Below, piece by piece: positions 16,769 to 26,827 of a DNA stretch of 29,739 nucleotides. The stretch is taken from contig JBNJFI010000017.1 of NCBI GenBank assembly GCA_051746725.1, positions 1 through 29,739 of the forward strand, written 5' to 3'. Positions within the stretch are counted from its first letter, which is position 1, and each line of letters starts with the position of its first letter. The notes beneath the pieces were generated by a model. The model was not told the DNA's origin, did not search any database, and saw only the letters and a program-made list of their open reading frames with translations. This DNA comes from Fusobacteriota bacterium (GTDB lineage: Bacteria; Fusobacteriota; Fusobacteriia; Fusobacteriales; JBNJFI01). Position numbers and translations under genes: made by a program.

Positions 16769-19381
16769 ATGAAAAAAGTGGTGTTATTAGATACAAGTGC
16801 AATTATGTATAAAGCGTATTATTCGCTTATGAATATGAGAAACTCAAAAGGGAGACCGACTGGTGCAGTTTATGGTTTTGCCAAGATGTATTTTAATATA
16901 ATAGATCAACTCGAACCTGACTATGTTGGAGCCTGTTTAGATGTAAAAAGAAGCTCTTTAGAAAGAAGAGAAAAATATGAGGGGTATAAGTCTCAACGTA
17001 AAGCAATGCCTGATGATTTAAGAGATCAAGTTTCTAAAATAAAGGATCTTCTTGATGGTTTAAATATAAAAATGTTTGAAGCAATTGGCCATGAAGCAGA
17101 TGATGTTTTAGGATCTTTAGCTAGACAACTTTCCCAGGTCAAAAAAGATGGTGAGGAAGTTGAAGTATATATAGTTACTGGAGATAAAGATCTATCCCAA
17201 GTATTAAAAGATAAAGTGAAAATCGCTTTATTGGGAAAAGGACAAAGTACATTAAAAATATTGTCTACAGAAGAAGATGTAGAGGAACAATTATTATGTA
17301 AACCAGGTGAAATTCCTGATATGTTCGGTCTTCAAGGAGATTCTTCAGATGGAATACCAGGTGTTTATAGAATTGGACCTAAAACTGCAAGTAAACTAAT
17401 AAAAAAATATGGAGACTTAGAAGGCCTCTATGAAAATATAGATGATATTTCTGGAAAAAGAAAAGAATATTTAATAAGAGATAAAGAAAAAGCTTTTTTG
17501 AGCAGAGATCTAGCTACAATAAAAACTGATTTAGAATTGGATTACGAGTTAGAAGATTTAGAACATCATGAAATAAATCGAGAAAAGTTAATTGATTTAT
17601 TTAAAGAGTTGGAATTTAAATCTTTATTAAAGAAATATGATCTAGGAAAAGATCTAAAAAAAGATTTAGAAAAAATAGATCTAGAAATTCTTAAAGATAA
17701 TAGTTCTTTAGAAAAAATAGAGAACATAGATAATTTTTCTATTATATCAAACGAAGCTGGAATAGCTTTAGTAAAAGAAACAAAAGTTTGGTATTTACCT
17801 ACAAATCATGCTTTTCTTGGTGCTACTAACTTAGATAAAGATAAGATATCTGATATTTTTAAGGAAAAAAATATTTCAGGATATAAACTAAAAGATATGT
17901 TAAATAAAGGTTATTCATTTAAAGAGTTAGATTTTGATGTATATTTGGCATATTATCTACTTCATTCAGGAGAGAGTTATGATTTAGATAAAATCATATT
18001 TAATACTTTTGGAGTTAGTTTGAAAAGCTATAAAGATAAATTTAATAAAAAATCTCCAGAAAATATAATGATAGAAGATATGGCAGATTTTTTATCAAAA
18101 AGAGCTTATTATCTTTTTAAGTTAAAAGAAAATTTAGAAAAAAAATTAAAAGAAGAAAACTTACATGACTTATTTAAAGATGTTGAGATGAAATTATTAG
18201 TAGTTTTAAGTAATATGGAGATAAATGGAATAAAATTAGATATAGATTATTTTGAAAAATTTAATCTAGAATTAGAAAAAAAACTTAAAGATATTAAAGA
18301 GAAAATATATGATATTTCTGATGAAAAATTTAATATAAATTCCCCTCAACAGTTATCAGAAATTTTATTTGAAAAAATGGGGATTAAGCCTGTTAAAAAA
18401 ACTAAAACAGGATTTTCTACCAATGCTAAAGTAATGGAAACTTTGCAAAAAAGAGGGTATGAAATTGCTGATTATGTATTAAGTTATAGAAAATATAAGA
18501 AAATAAAAAGCACTTATGTAGAATCTTTACCAAATCATGTGGGAAAAGACGGAAGAATACATACAGATTTTAATCAAAATGGAACTTCCACAGGGAGGCT
18601 TTCATCTTCAAATCCTAATTTACAAAATATACCTACAGAGACAGAAAAAGGTATGGAAATCAGAGAAGGATTTGTTGCCGCAGATGGATGGTCCCTTTTG
18701 GCTGCTGATTATTCACAGATCGAATTGAGAGTATTGGCAGAGATGTCTAAAGATCCAGAATTGATATCTGCATATGAAAATGATCTAGATTTGCACTCTA
18801 TAACTGCAGCAAAACTTTTTGATAAAGATCCTGAAGATGTAACCTCTAGTGAAAGGGATCATGCAAAAGTTGTTAATTTTAGTATAGTATATGGAAAAAC
18901 TCCATATGGATTATCAAAAGAATTAGATATTTCTGTTTCTGAAGCTGCAACTTATATTGAAAAATATTTTAATCAGTACTCTAGAGTTGATGAATTTATA
19001 ACAGAAATAGTAAAAGATGCCGAGGAAAAAGGTTATGTAGAAACAATGTTTGGTAGAAAACGTCAGATAAGTTCAATAAATAGTAAAAATAAAAATAGAA
19101 AAAACCAGGCAGAAAGAATGGCTGTAAATACAGTTATTCAAGGTACAGCAGCAGATATATTAAAAATTGTTATGGTTGAGATTTTCGAAAAAATTAAAGA
19201 TAAAGATGATATAAAAATGTTACTTCAAGTTCATGATGAATTGATATTTGAGGTAAAGGATGAAAAACTTGAGGAATATTCAAAATTAATAAAAACTACC
19301 ATGGAAAACAAGGTCAAACTAGATAATGTAAAATTAGTAGTTGAGCCTAAAAATGGTAAAAATTGGAGTGAAACTAAATAG
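16769..19381 (+). CDS. polA: DNA polymerase I
   Basis: 5'-3' exonuclease (EADDVLG, TGDKDL, GDSSDGIPGV) and polymerase motifs (TGRLSSSNPNLQNIP, ADYSQIELR, K..NF...YG, LQVHDEL). GGAGG SD favours ATG 16769. Confidence 0.97.
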   Translation: MKKVVLLDTSAIMYKAYYSLMNMRNSKGRPTGAVYGFAKMYFNIIDQLEPDYVGACLDVKRSSLERREKYEGYKSQRKAMPDDLRDQVSKIKDLLDGLNIKMFEAIGHEADDVLGSLARQLSQVKKDGEEVEVYIVTGDKDLSQVLKDKVKIALLGKGQSTLKILSTEEDVEEQLLCKPGEIPDMFGLQGDSSDGIPGVYRIGPKTASKLIKKYGDLEGLYENIDDISGKRKEYLIRDKEKAFLSRDLATIKTDLELDYELEDLEHHEINREKLIDLFKELEFKSLLKKYDLGKDLKKDLEKIDLEILKDNSSLEKIENIDNFSIISNEAGIALVKETKVWYLPTNHAFLGATNLDKDKISDIFKEKNISGYKLKDMLNKGYSFKELDFDVYLAYYLLHSGESYDLDKIIFNTFGVSLKSYKDKFNKKSPENIMIEDMADFLSKRAYYLFKLKENLEKKLKEENLHDLFKDVEMKLLVVLSNMEINGIKLDIDYFEKFNLELEKKLKDIKEKIYDISDEKFNINSPQQLSEILFEKMGIKPVKKTKTGFSTNAKVMETLQKRGYEIADYVLSYRKYKKIKSTYVESLPNHVGKDGRIHTDFNQNGTSTGRLSSSNPNLQNIPTETEKGMEIREGFVAADGWSLLAADYSQIELRVLAEMSKDPELISAYENDLDLHSITAAKLFDKDPEDVTSSERDHAKVVNFSIVYGKTPYGLSKELDISVSEAATYIEKYFNQYSRVDEFITEIVKDAEEKGYVETMFGRKRQISSINSKNKNRKNQAERMAVNTVIQGTAADILKIVMVEIFEKIKDKDDIKMLLQVHDELIFEVKDEKLEEYSKLIKTTMENKVKLDNVKLVVEPKNGKNWSETK

Positions 19382-20284
19382 ATGTCATATACCAACTTAG
19401 TAAAAGAAGAAGTTTTACAAAAAGAGGCCAATGATTATAGAAATGCTATTTATGAAATGTATGGAATATTAAGATCAAAAAATATGTTCTATGAAGATCG
19501 AATTGAATTTAAAAATGAAAATATAGGTATTTCAAAAAGAATTTATTCTTATTTCAAAACACATTCGGATTTAAAAATTGAAATAAAATATGTAATAAGT
19601 AAAAATTTTGGTGCTCATAAAGAATATAAAATAATTATAAAAAATCAAAATGGATTTAAAGAAGCTACTGACTTTCTCCGAGATGAAAATATCTCAATGG
19701 ATAAAAATGAATTCAAAAATTATATGCGAGGAGTATTTTTAGCAACAGGTTACATTAAAAACCCTGAAAAAGGATATGCATTAGATTTTTTTATGGATAA
19801 TGAAAAGGAAGCTAATAGATTGTTTAATACTTTAAAAAAACTTGATAAAAAAATTCATATTACTCAAAAAAGAGGTAAACCTCTTGTTTATTTAAGGAAT
19901 TCAGAAGATATAATGGATATTCTTATTATGTTAGGAGCAAATAAAGCCTTTTTTGAGTATGAAAATACTACCTTGATGAAAGACATAAAAAATAAAACAA
20001 TCCGAGCTATTAACTGGGAAATAGCAAATGAAGCTAAAATAATGAAAACTGGACATCGACAAGTAATTATGATTAATTATGTAGATGAAAAAGTTGGTCT
20101 AGAAAGTTTAAGTGATGTACTCCAGGAAGCAGCTCAGATTCGTCTTAAATATCCTGAAACTTCGTTAAAGGAGTTAGCAAAAAAGATAGGTCTTAGTAAA
20201 TCCGGTATTAGAGGTAGATTTCGACGAATAAAAAAACTCTATGACGAGTTAAAACAAAATGAGGTTGATAGGAGGAACAGATGA
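19382..20284 (+). CDS. whiA: DNA-binding protein WhiA
   Basis: LAGLIDADG-like 'YMRGVFLATGYIKNPEKGYALDF', R..NWEIANEAK and C-terminal HTH 'PETSLKELAKKIGLSKSGIRGRFRRI'. Confidence 0.9.
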   Translation: MSYTNLVKEEVLQKEANDYRNAIYEMYGILRSKNMFYEDRIEFKNENIGISKRIYSYFKTHSDLKIEIKYVISKNFGAHKEYKIIIKNQNGFKEATDFLRDENISMDKNEFKNYMRGVFLATGYIKNPEKGYALDFFMDNEKEANRLFNTLKKLDKKIHITQKRGKPLVYLRNSEDIMDILIMLGANKAFFEYENTTLMKDIKNKTIRAINWEIANEAKIMKTGHRQVIMINYVDEKVGLESLSDVLQEAAQIRLKYPETSLKELAKKIGLSKSGIRGRFRRIKKLYDELKQNEVDRRNR

Positions 20285-21228
20285 ATATAGATAGATATTT
20301 CGAAATTGCCATTGAAGAAGGAAAAAAAGGGGATGCACGTACTGAAAAAGAGATTCAAAATGATTTAGATAAAAGAAAAAAAGATTATGATAATTTAGAT
20401 GAAAACAAAAAAGATTATTTTGATAAAGATAGATTAACAAATATATATTTAGATTCTGCTATTCACTATGATTCTGGAAAAGACATTAAAAAAGTTTTTG
20501 TTGGAATTGATACTGAAATACAGGAATTACTTTTAGCAGAAAAATTAGATGTAGACCTAGTAATGGGGCACCATCCAGAAGGAAAAGCACTATTAAATTT
20601 ATGGGAAGTTTTAGATATACATCAGGAATCACTAGTAAAAAGTGGTCTGCCTGTAAATATCGCAGAAAGATTGATTTCTGATCGTCAAGATGAATTAGAA
20701 AGAGGCTTACACGGCCAAGATTATAATAGAGCTGTTACAGCTGCAAAATTATTAGATATTTCTTTTTTGAATATACATACTCCAGCAGATAATTTAGCTA
20801 ATAAATTTATGGAGGATTTTCTAATCAAAAAAGATTATGATAAACTAGGAGATATAATAGATGGTGTGTTAAATATTTCAGAATATAAAGAGACTGCCAA
20901 AATAGGATTAGAACCTAAAATTGTATCTGGAAATGAGGATAATAGAGTCGGTAAAATCTTTGTAAAGTTTAATGGAGGAACCAGCGGAAATAAAAAAATG
21001 TTTAGACATTTAGAAAATATAGGGGTTTCTACTTTTATTTGTATGCATCTACCTAAGGATCAAATAGAAGAGGCTAAAAAACATAATATAAATGTAATAG
21101 TTATGCCGCACATGGCCAGTGATAGTTTGGGGATGAACCTCATGATAGATGCAATTGAAAGTAAAGAAAAAACTGAATTTGAGATAATAAATGGGTCTGG
21201 TTTTATCCGGATTAAAAGGAATAAATAA
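20281..21228 (+). CDS. NIF3/NGG1p-interacting-factor-like dinuclear metal protein
   Basis: GID...ELL, HHPEG, HTPADN, CMH, HMASDSLGMN metal-ligand motifs. Confidence 0.78.
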   Translation: MNIDRYFEIAIEEGKKGDARTEKEIQNDLDKRKKDYDNLDENKKDYFDKDRLTNIYLDSAIHYDSGKDIKKVFVGIDTEIQELLLAEKLDVDLVMGHHPEGKALLNLWEVLDIHQESLVKSGLPVNIAERLISDRQDELERGLHGQDYNRAVTAAKLLDISFLNIHTPADNLANKFMEDFLIKKDYDKLGDIIDGVLNISEYKETAKIGLEPKIVSGNEDNRVGKIFVKFNGGTSGNKKMFRHLENIGVSTFICMHLPKDQIEEAKKHNINVIVMPHMASDSLGMNLMIDAIESKEKTEFEIINGSGFIRIKRNK

Positions 21229-22160
21229 TGGAAGTAATAGAGGGAATAGAAAATATCAATGAAAACTATGAAAATGTATGTCTTGCTTTGGGAACATTTG
21301 ATGGAATACATCTTGGTCATAAAACTGTTATTAATGGCGCTATCAAAAAAGCAGAGGAAATTGGAGGAACATCAATTGTTTTTACATTTAGTCCACATCC
21401 ATTAAATATAATCAGGTCATCTTCAGGACCAAAATTAATAAATACCAAAGAAGAAAAAATACGACTTTTGGAAGGATTAGGGGTAGACAAGGTTATTTTT
21501 GCAAATTTTACCATTGAATTTTCTGAATTACATCCAAGTCAATTTATTAGAAATATTTTGAGAGACACACTTCATGTAAAAGAATTATATGTTGGATTTA
21601 ATTATACTTTTGGCAAAAAAGGAAAAGGAACTACTGATTATCTTCAGGATATTAATAAAGAATGCGAAATAAACATACACGTAGTCTCTCCAGTTAAAAA
21701 AGAGGACGAAATAATTAGCAGTACTAAAATTAGAGAATATATTTCCAATGGGAATTTAAAAAAAGCAAAAGAACTATTAGGGTATAATTATTCTGTATCT
21801 GGAAAAGTTATAAAAGGACAGAGAATAGGAAGAAAGATTGGGTTTCCAACTGCAAATTTAAGGATGGTAAATAAAGTTTATCCTCCTTATGGAGTTTATG
21901 GGGTAAAATTGTATATTGGTTCATCTCCAAAAACGTATTATGGAATTATGAATATTGGTAGAAATCCAACATTAAAACCCGATGAACATTCATTGGAAGT
22001 TCATATTTTTAACTTTAACAAAAATATTTATGGAGAAAAAATTGAAATAGAATTACTTGAATTTATAAGAGAAGAAAAAGAATTTGAATCCAAAGAAGAG
22101 TTGGTAAATCAAATTGAAACTGATATAAAAAAATGGAAGGAGAATGAAAAATGCCATTAA
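21228..22160 (+). CDS. ribF: Bifunctional riboflavin kinase / FAD synthetase
   Basis: LGTFDGIHLGH, FSPHP, ISSTKIR, GRKIGFPTANL, NIGRNPT, LEVHIF. Confidence 0.97.
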   Translation: MEVIEGIENINENYENVCLALGTFDGIHLGHKTVINGAIKKAEEIGGTSIVFTFSPHPLNIIRSSSGPKLINTKEEKIRLLEGLGVDKVIFANFTIEFSELHPSQFIRNILRDTLHVKELYVGFNYTFGKKGKGTTDYLQDINKECEINIHVVSPVKKEDEIISSTKIREYISNGNLKKAKELLGYNYSVSGKVIKGQRIGRKIGFPTANLRMVNKVYPPYGVYGVKLYIGSSPKTYYGIMNIGRNPTLKPDEHSLEVHIFNFNKNIYGEKIEIELLEFIREEKEFESKEELVNQIETDIKKWKENEKCH

Positions 22161-22594
22161 TAGAAAGTTTTACAGTGGATCATACAAAGATGAATGCGCC
22201 ACAAGTTAGAAAAGCTAAAGAGATAAAAGGACCAGATAAAGGAGAATTGGTAACAGTATTTGATCTAAGATTTATAAAGCCCAATACAAAAGTTATGGAT
22301 ACTTCAGCAGTTCATACTTTAGAACATTTTTTGGCAACTTATATGAGAGAAAAGATAGAAGGAATAATAGATGTATCGCCAATGGGTTGTCGTACTGGAT
22401 TTTATATGTCTATCTTCGGTGATCATACAGTAGAAGAAATTCAAACTGTTTTGGAATATGCTCTTGAAAGAATAATTGCATTTGAGGGGAAAGTTCCAGG
22501 AGCTAAAGAAAAAGAGTGTGGAAATTATCAAGATCACTCATTGACTAAAGCGAAAGAAAATGCAAAAAAGGTTTTAGAAGGATTAAAAAAATAA
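22151..22594 (+). CDS. luxS: S-ribosylhomocysteine lyase (AI-2 synthase)
   Basis: MPLIESFTVDHT, FDLRF, HTLEH, SPMGCRTGFY, ECGNY.DH. Confidence 0.97.
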   Translation: MPLIESFTVDHTKMNAPQVRKAKEIKGPDKGELVTVFDLRFIKPNTKVMDTSAVHTLEHFLATYMREKIEGIIDVSPMGCRTGFYMSIFGDHTVEEIQTVLEYALERIIAFEGKVPGAKEKECGNYQDHSLTKAKENAKKVLEGLKK

Positions 22595-23295
22595 TGAAAT
22601 TTAAAATAAAATTGGATAATTTTGAAGGTCCATTAGATCTTCTTTTACATTTAATTGAAGAAGAGGAAATGGATATATATCAAATTAATATTTCCAAAAT
22701 TATAGAAAACTATTTAGGTTTAATAAATCAAGCAAAAGAATCAAATATTAATATAAAATTAGAATTTTTGATAATGGCTTCTGAACTATTGGATATAAAA
22801 TTTCATAGGTTACTAAATAAAAAAAGCAAAGAAAAAGAAGAAGAACTATTACAAGAAAAACTACGTATATATAAAAAATATAAAGAAATTGCTAATGATT
22901 TATATACAATGCAAAATGAGTATTATATATCTTACAAAAAAGATGGAAAAGCAATTGAAAATCATGACAATGATTCCTATGATTTTTCTAATATAACGCC
23001 AAACAGACTTTTTCAGTATTATAATGAAATTATTCAGAATAATAATGAAAAGTCTAAACGAATGATTATAAATACCAAGGAAAACTTCACTATTGAAGAT
23101 GGAAAGAGATATCTTTTTAAAAAATTAAATATCAACTCTAAAATAGATGTGAAGGATTTATTAAACAAAAAAGATAGTAAGATTAAAATAATAAGTATAT
23201 TTTTAGCTATTTTAGATTATTATAAAGATGATACAATTGATATAAAAGACGAAAATCAGCATATTTATGTATGTTATAAAGGAAGGGTGGTATAA
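22594..23295 (+). CDS. scpA: Segregation and condensation protein A (SMC kleisin)
   Basis: N-terminal FEGPLDLLLHLI, EFLIMASELLDIK and C-terminal FLAILD. Confidence 0.88.
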   Translation: MKFKIKLDNFEGPLDLLLHLIEEEEMDIYQINISKIIENYLGLINQAKESNINIKLEFLIMASELLDIKFHRLLNKKSKEKEEELLQEKLRIYKKYKEIANDLYTMQNEYYISYKKDGKAIENHDNDSYDFSNITPNRLFQYYNEIIQNNNEKSKRMIINTKENFTIEDGKRYLFKKLNINSKIDVKDLLNKKDSKIKIISIFLAILDYYKDDTIDIKDENQHIYVCYKGRVV

Positions 23296-23296
23296 T

Positions 23297-23752
23297 ATGG
23301 ATGGAGATTTCATATTTGTATATGGTAAATTAAGAGAAGCATACTCCGATAAATCTCTCTTTGGAATAGATAGTCTTGTAACCCTTCCAGTTGAAACGAC
23401 TGGAAAGCTCTACGAATATCAAAAGAATGCAGTTTTAATAAAAGATGATAATAATAAAGTGTTTGGAAATTTATTATCTGCAAGTAATATGAAAAAAATA
23501 TTGAGACATACAGATTCATTTATGGGATTTGATGAGGAAGATTATCCCAATAGTCGATATGTTAGAGTTGTCAAAAAAGTTTTTATTCCGCAAACAGGAG
23601 ATGAACTAAAAGTATGGTGTTACATATTTCCCAGTAGTCGGTTAGAGCTTTTAGAAAAAGAGGGGAAAGTTATAGAATCTGGAGATTGGTTTCAATATTT
23701 AGAAGAAAAAAAAGAAGACGATTTAATAAAGAGAAAGAAAAAAAATGTATAA
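23297..23752 (+). CDS. Gamma-glutamylcyclotransferase (AIG2/YtfP-like) family protein
   Basis: IFVYGKLR, V.G.L, Y.R, WCYIF, IESGDW pattern. ATG 23297 right after the scpA stop is preferred over 23267. Confidence 0.72.
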   Translation: MDGDFIFVYGKLREAYSDKSLFGIDSLVTLPVETTGKLYEYQKNAVLIKDDNNKVFGNLLSASNMKKILRHTDSFMGFDEEDYPNSRYVRVVKKVFIPQTGDELKVWCYIFPSSRLELLEKEGKVIESGDWFQYLEEKKEDDLIKRKKKNV

Positions 23753-25214
23753 AAACAGTATCGTTATAATGGCCTTAACTCTTGTAAGTAGAATTCTAGG
23801 ACTAATAAGAACAGTTCTCATTGCTACCTTTTTTGGAGCTACAGGTCTAACAGATGCCTATTTTAGTGCTTTCAAAATAACTAATTTTTTTAGGCAACTT
23901 TTAGGCGAAGGGGCTTTGGGAACGGTTTTCATTCCAGTTTATAATGAAAAAGAGACTAAAGAAGGAAAGAAAGAAGCTAAAGAACTAATTTTTTCCATAA
24001 TGAATCTTTTATTTATTTTTTTAGTTGCAATGAGTTTCTTTATGATGATCTTTTCAAAAAATATAATTAATACCCTTGTAAGTGGATATGATGAGGAGAC
24101 TAAAAGATTAGCAAGCTCGATTTTAAAAATAACTTCTTGGTATTTTTTATTTATTGGTTTGGCAGGAATGATTTCGGCTATTTTAAATAATTTTAAAAAG
24201 TTTTACATGCCTGCTTTTATGCCAATGATGTTTAATTTTAGTATTATAGGATTCATTATTTTTTTATATAAAAAATTAGGGATATATGCATTAGCTTATG
24301 GGACTTTAGTAGGTGGAGCCTTACAGTTAATAGTGCTCATTCCTTCTTTTGTTAAAATCATTAAAAAATATAAGTTTCATATTAATTTTAAAGATAAATA
24401 TTTAAAAAAAATATTTGTGTTGATATTACCTATGTTATTAGGTATTTTTGCAAAACAGATTAATACAATTATTGATCAGTATTTTGCTTCATATTTACCT
24501 AACGGGACTATATCTGCTTTAGAAAATGCAACAAGAGTTTACAATTTACCCATTGGAATTTTTGCTATTTCTATTGCTACAGTTACATTCCCAAGTATCT
24601 CAAAGGCAGCGGCTAAAAAAGATATGATTAAAATCAAAAGTGAAATGGAAAAAGGATTAAAATTTTTGATTTTTTTTGTAATTCCTTCATTTTGGGTTCT
24701 AATTTTTTACTCAACTGAAATTATTGATCTTTTATTAGGTTATGGTAAATTCTCTGAAAGAGCAATTGTTTTAACATCAGAATCCTTACTTTTTTATAGC
24801 ATCGGATTGTTTTCGTATACAGCGATACATCTGTTTACTAGAGGATTTTATAGCATGAAAAACACAAAATCACCTGTTATCTTTGCAGTTGTTGCTATAA
24901 TAGTAAATATTGCTCTAGATTATCTTTTAGTGGATATCTTACAACATAGAGGATTGGCTCTTGCCACAGCCACGGCATCTACAGTTAATTTTGTATTGTT
25001 ATATACTTTTTTCAATATTAAATATATCAAATTAAATTTAAAACAAATTTTAACTTTTAGTTTTTATATAAATATTACAGCAATTTTGTCATTAATAATT
25101 TCAAAAAAGATTGGGATACATATTATAATTCAGCTTATAGCTTATGTTATAAGTTATTTTAGTATATGGGGTTATAAATTATTAAAAGAAAGAGAGGAAT
25201 TCTTTGAAAGATAA
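23745..25214 (+). CDS. murJ: Lipid II flippase MurJ (MviN)
   Basis: SRILGLIR, DAYFSAFKITNFFRQLLGEGA...FIP, multiple TM helices, RGFYSMKNTKSP. Confidence 0.96.
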   Translation: MYKNSIVIMALTLVSRILGLIRTVLIATFFGATGLTDAYFSAFKITNFFRQLLGEGALGTVFIPVYNEKETKEGKKEAKELIFSIMNLLFIFLVAMSFFMMIFSKNIINTLVSGYDEETKRLASSILKITSWYFLFIGLAGMISAILNNFKKFYMPAFMPMMFNFSIIGFIIFLYKKLGIYALAYGTLVGGALQLIVLIPSFVKIIKKYKFHINFKDKYLKKIFVLILPMLLGIFAKQINTIIDQYFASYLPNGTISALENATRVYNLPIGIFAISIATVTFPSISKAAAKKDMIKIKSEMEKGLKFLIFFVIPSFWVLIFYSTEIIDLLLGYGKFSERAIVLTSESLLFYSIGLFSYTAIHLFTRGFYSMKNTKSPVIFAVVAIIVNIALDYLLVDILQHRGLALATATASTVNFVLLYTFFNIKYIKLNLKQILTFSFYINITAILSLIISKKIGIHIIIQLIAYVISYFSIWGYKLLKEREEFFER

Positions 25215-26787
25215 AGGTTATAAAATTAGTGAAATATATGAGAATAAAAAAAATACCAAGTATATAAAATACACTCCAATAAAAATTACTAGGAAAATGC
25301 TTGCAATTTCTTTTAAAAGATATTTTAATAATAAAAACAATAAAGAGGCTTTAAAAAATCTAAAACTAATAGATATTTCATGTGGTACGGGGAATTTTTT
25401 AGTAGAAGCCTTGGAATTTTTGATTCGAATAAGCAAGATATATTTTGGAGAATATAAATATTTTTCTTCTTGGATAACTGGTTATGACATAGACAAGGAA
25501 GCTCTAGGGATTTCTCAAAAAAGGTTAAAAACTATATTAAAAAAATATAATTTATCAGGAGAATTAAATCTTAATAATGAGAATTCTTTAATTCTTGATA
25601 TAAAAGATAAATTTGATATAGTAATAGGGAATCCTCCTTATTTTGGCGAAAAGGGAAATCGATCTAAATTTAAGGAGATAAAAAAAACAGAATTTGGAAG
25701 AAAATATTATGAAGGTAAAATGGATTATTTTTATTTTTTTATTGAAAAAGGGATGGATATTCTCAAAAAAGAGGGGATATTAACATATATTACTACGAAT
25801 TATTGGTTAAAAGCAGATAATTCTAAAAAACTCAGAAAAAAAGTAAAAGAAGAAGGAGCTTTTTTTTATATTGAAGATTTTCAGAAATCAGTTTTTAAAA
25901 ATGCTTTGGGACAACATAATATGATTTTTTCTATAGAAAAAACTAATGAAAATATTCAGATTAATATGAAAATTCCTGATGAAAATATAATTATTAAAAA
26001 TAATTATATTTATTCTCAAAATAACAAAATCATTTTGGCTTCTAAAAAAAAGATTAATCTTTTTAATCAAATAAAAAACGACAAGACAGTTTATTTAAAA
26101 GAATTAATTAATATAAATCAAGGAATTGTAACTGGGTGTGATGATGCTTTTATTTTAGATGAATACCGAGAAGAATTTAAAGAGTACTTAAAACCTTGGT
26201 ACAAGAGTAAGGATATTTCTGATTATAAAATTAAAAATGAAAATCAATCTTGGGTTTTATACTTAGACAGAGATGCGACTCCAAATCAAAACATTAAAAA
26301 TCATGTTGCAAAATATAAGGATAAACTTTCTAAAAGAAGAGAAGTAAGACTAGGAAGGATTGATTGGTATAAATTACATTGGTGTCGACAAAAAGAGATA
26401 TTTGAAAATGAAAAAATAATTGGAAAGCAAAGAGGGAATAAAGATTTGTTTGCTTATACAGAAAAAAGTTTCTATGGAAGTGCAGATATATATTTTTTAA
26501 CAAAAAAAGAAAATAAAAGAGATATAAGTTTATTTTATATATTAGGTTATTTAAATTCATCATTTTTTTATGAATGGTTTAAATATAATGGTAAGACAAA
26601 GGGGAAGGACTTAGAATTATATGCAACTCCATTAAAAAATACTCTGATCTATTATCCTGAAGATGAAAAAGAAATTATTTATATCGAAAATTTAGTAAAA
26701 AGGCAAATTAAGAATGAAACTCAAAAAAGGCAAAAAAAAATTAATAACTTTTTTGATAAAAAGTTTTCTGAGATGGTGGATTTATAA
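25204..26787 (+). CDS. Gamma-class N6-adenine DNA methyltransferase (M.TaqI/Eco57I-like) with TaqI_C-like target recognition domain; no adjacent endonuclease
   Basis: YTP motif X, DISCGTGNFL motif I, FDIVIGNPPY motif IV, YFYFFIEKG, QGIVTG, YILGYLNS; TTG start overlapping murJ. Confidence 0.88.
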   Translation: MKDKGYKISEIYENKKNTKYIKYTPIKITRKMLAISFKRYFNNKNNKEALKNLKLIDISCGTGNFLVEALEFLIRISKIYFGEYKYFSSWITGYDIDKEALGISQKRLKTILKKYNLSGELNLNNENSLILDIKDKFDIVIGNPPYFGEKGNRSKFKEIKKTEFGRKYYEGKMDYFYFFIEKGMDILKKEGILTYITTNYWLKADNSKKLRKKVKEEGAFFYIEDFQKSVFKNALGQHNMIFSIEKTNENIQINMKIPDENIIIKNNYIYSQNNKIILASKKKINLFNQIKNDKTVYLKELININQGIVTGCDDAFILDEYREEFKEYLKPWYKSKDISDYKIKNENQSWVLYLDRDATPNQNIKNHVAKYKDKLSKRREVRLGRIDWYKLHWCRQKEIFENEKIIGKQRGNKDLFAYTEKSFYGSADIYFLTKKENKRDISLFYILGYLNSSFFYEWFKYNGKTKGKDLELYATPLKNTLIYYPEDEKEIIYIENLVKRQIKNETQKRQKKINNFFDKKFSEMVDL

Positions 26788-26827
26788 AATTAATCCTAAA
26801 ATTTATGATATAAGAAAGAAGGTAAAT

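Noticed and set aside
17640..18200. Degenerate 3'-5' exonuclease region of PolA
   Set aside because: Loss of proofreading motifs is common in PolA of many bacterial lineages and is not unusual.
19382..20284. LAGLIDADG-like sequence as a homing endonuclease or intein
   Set aside because: It is the domesticated LAGLIDADG fold of WhiA with its C-terminal HTH; there are no intein splice motifs.
26714..26827. N-terminal extension of the FAD oxidoreductase overlapping the methyltransferase by 74 nt
   Set aside because: The extension is low-complexity, and GTG 26828 with a GAAGG SD gives a more plausible start.
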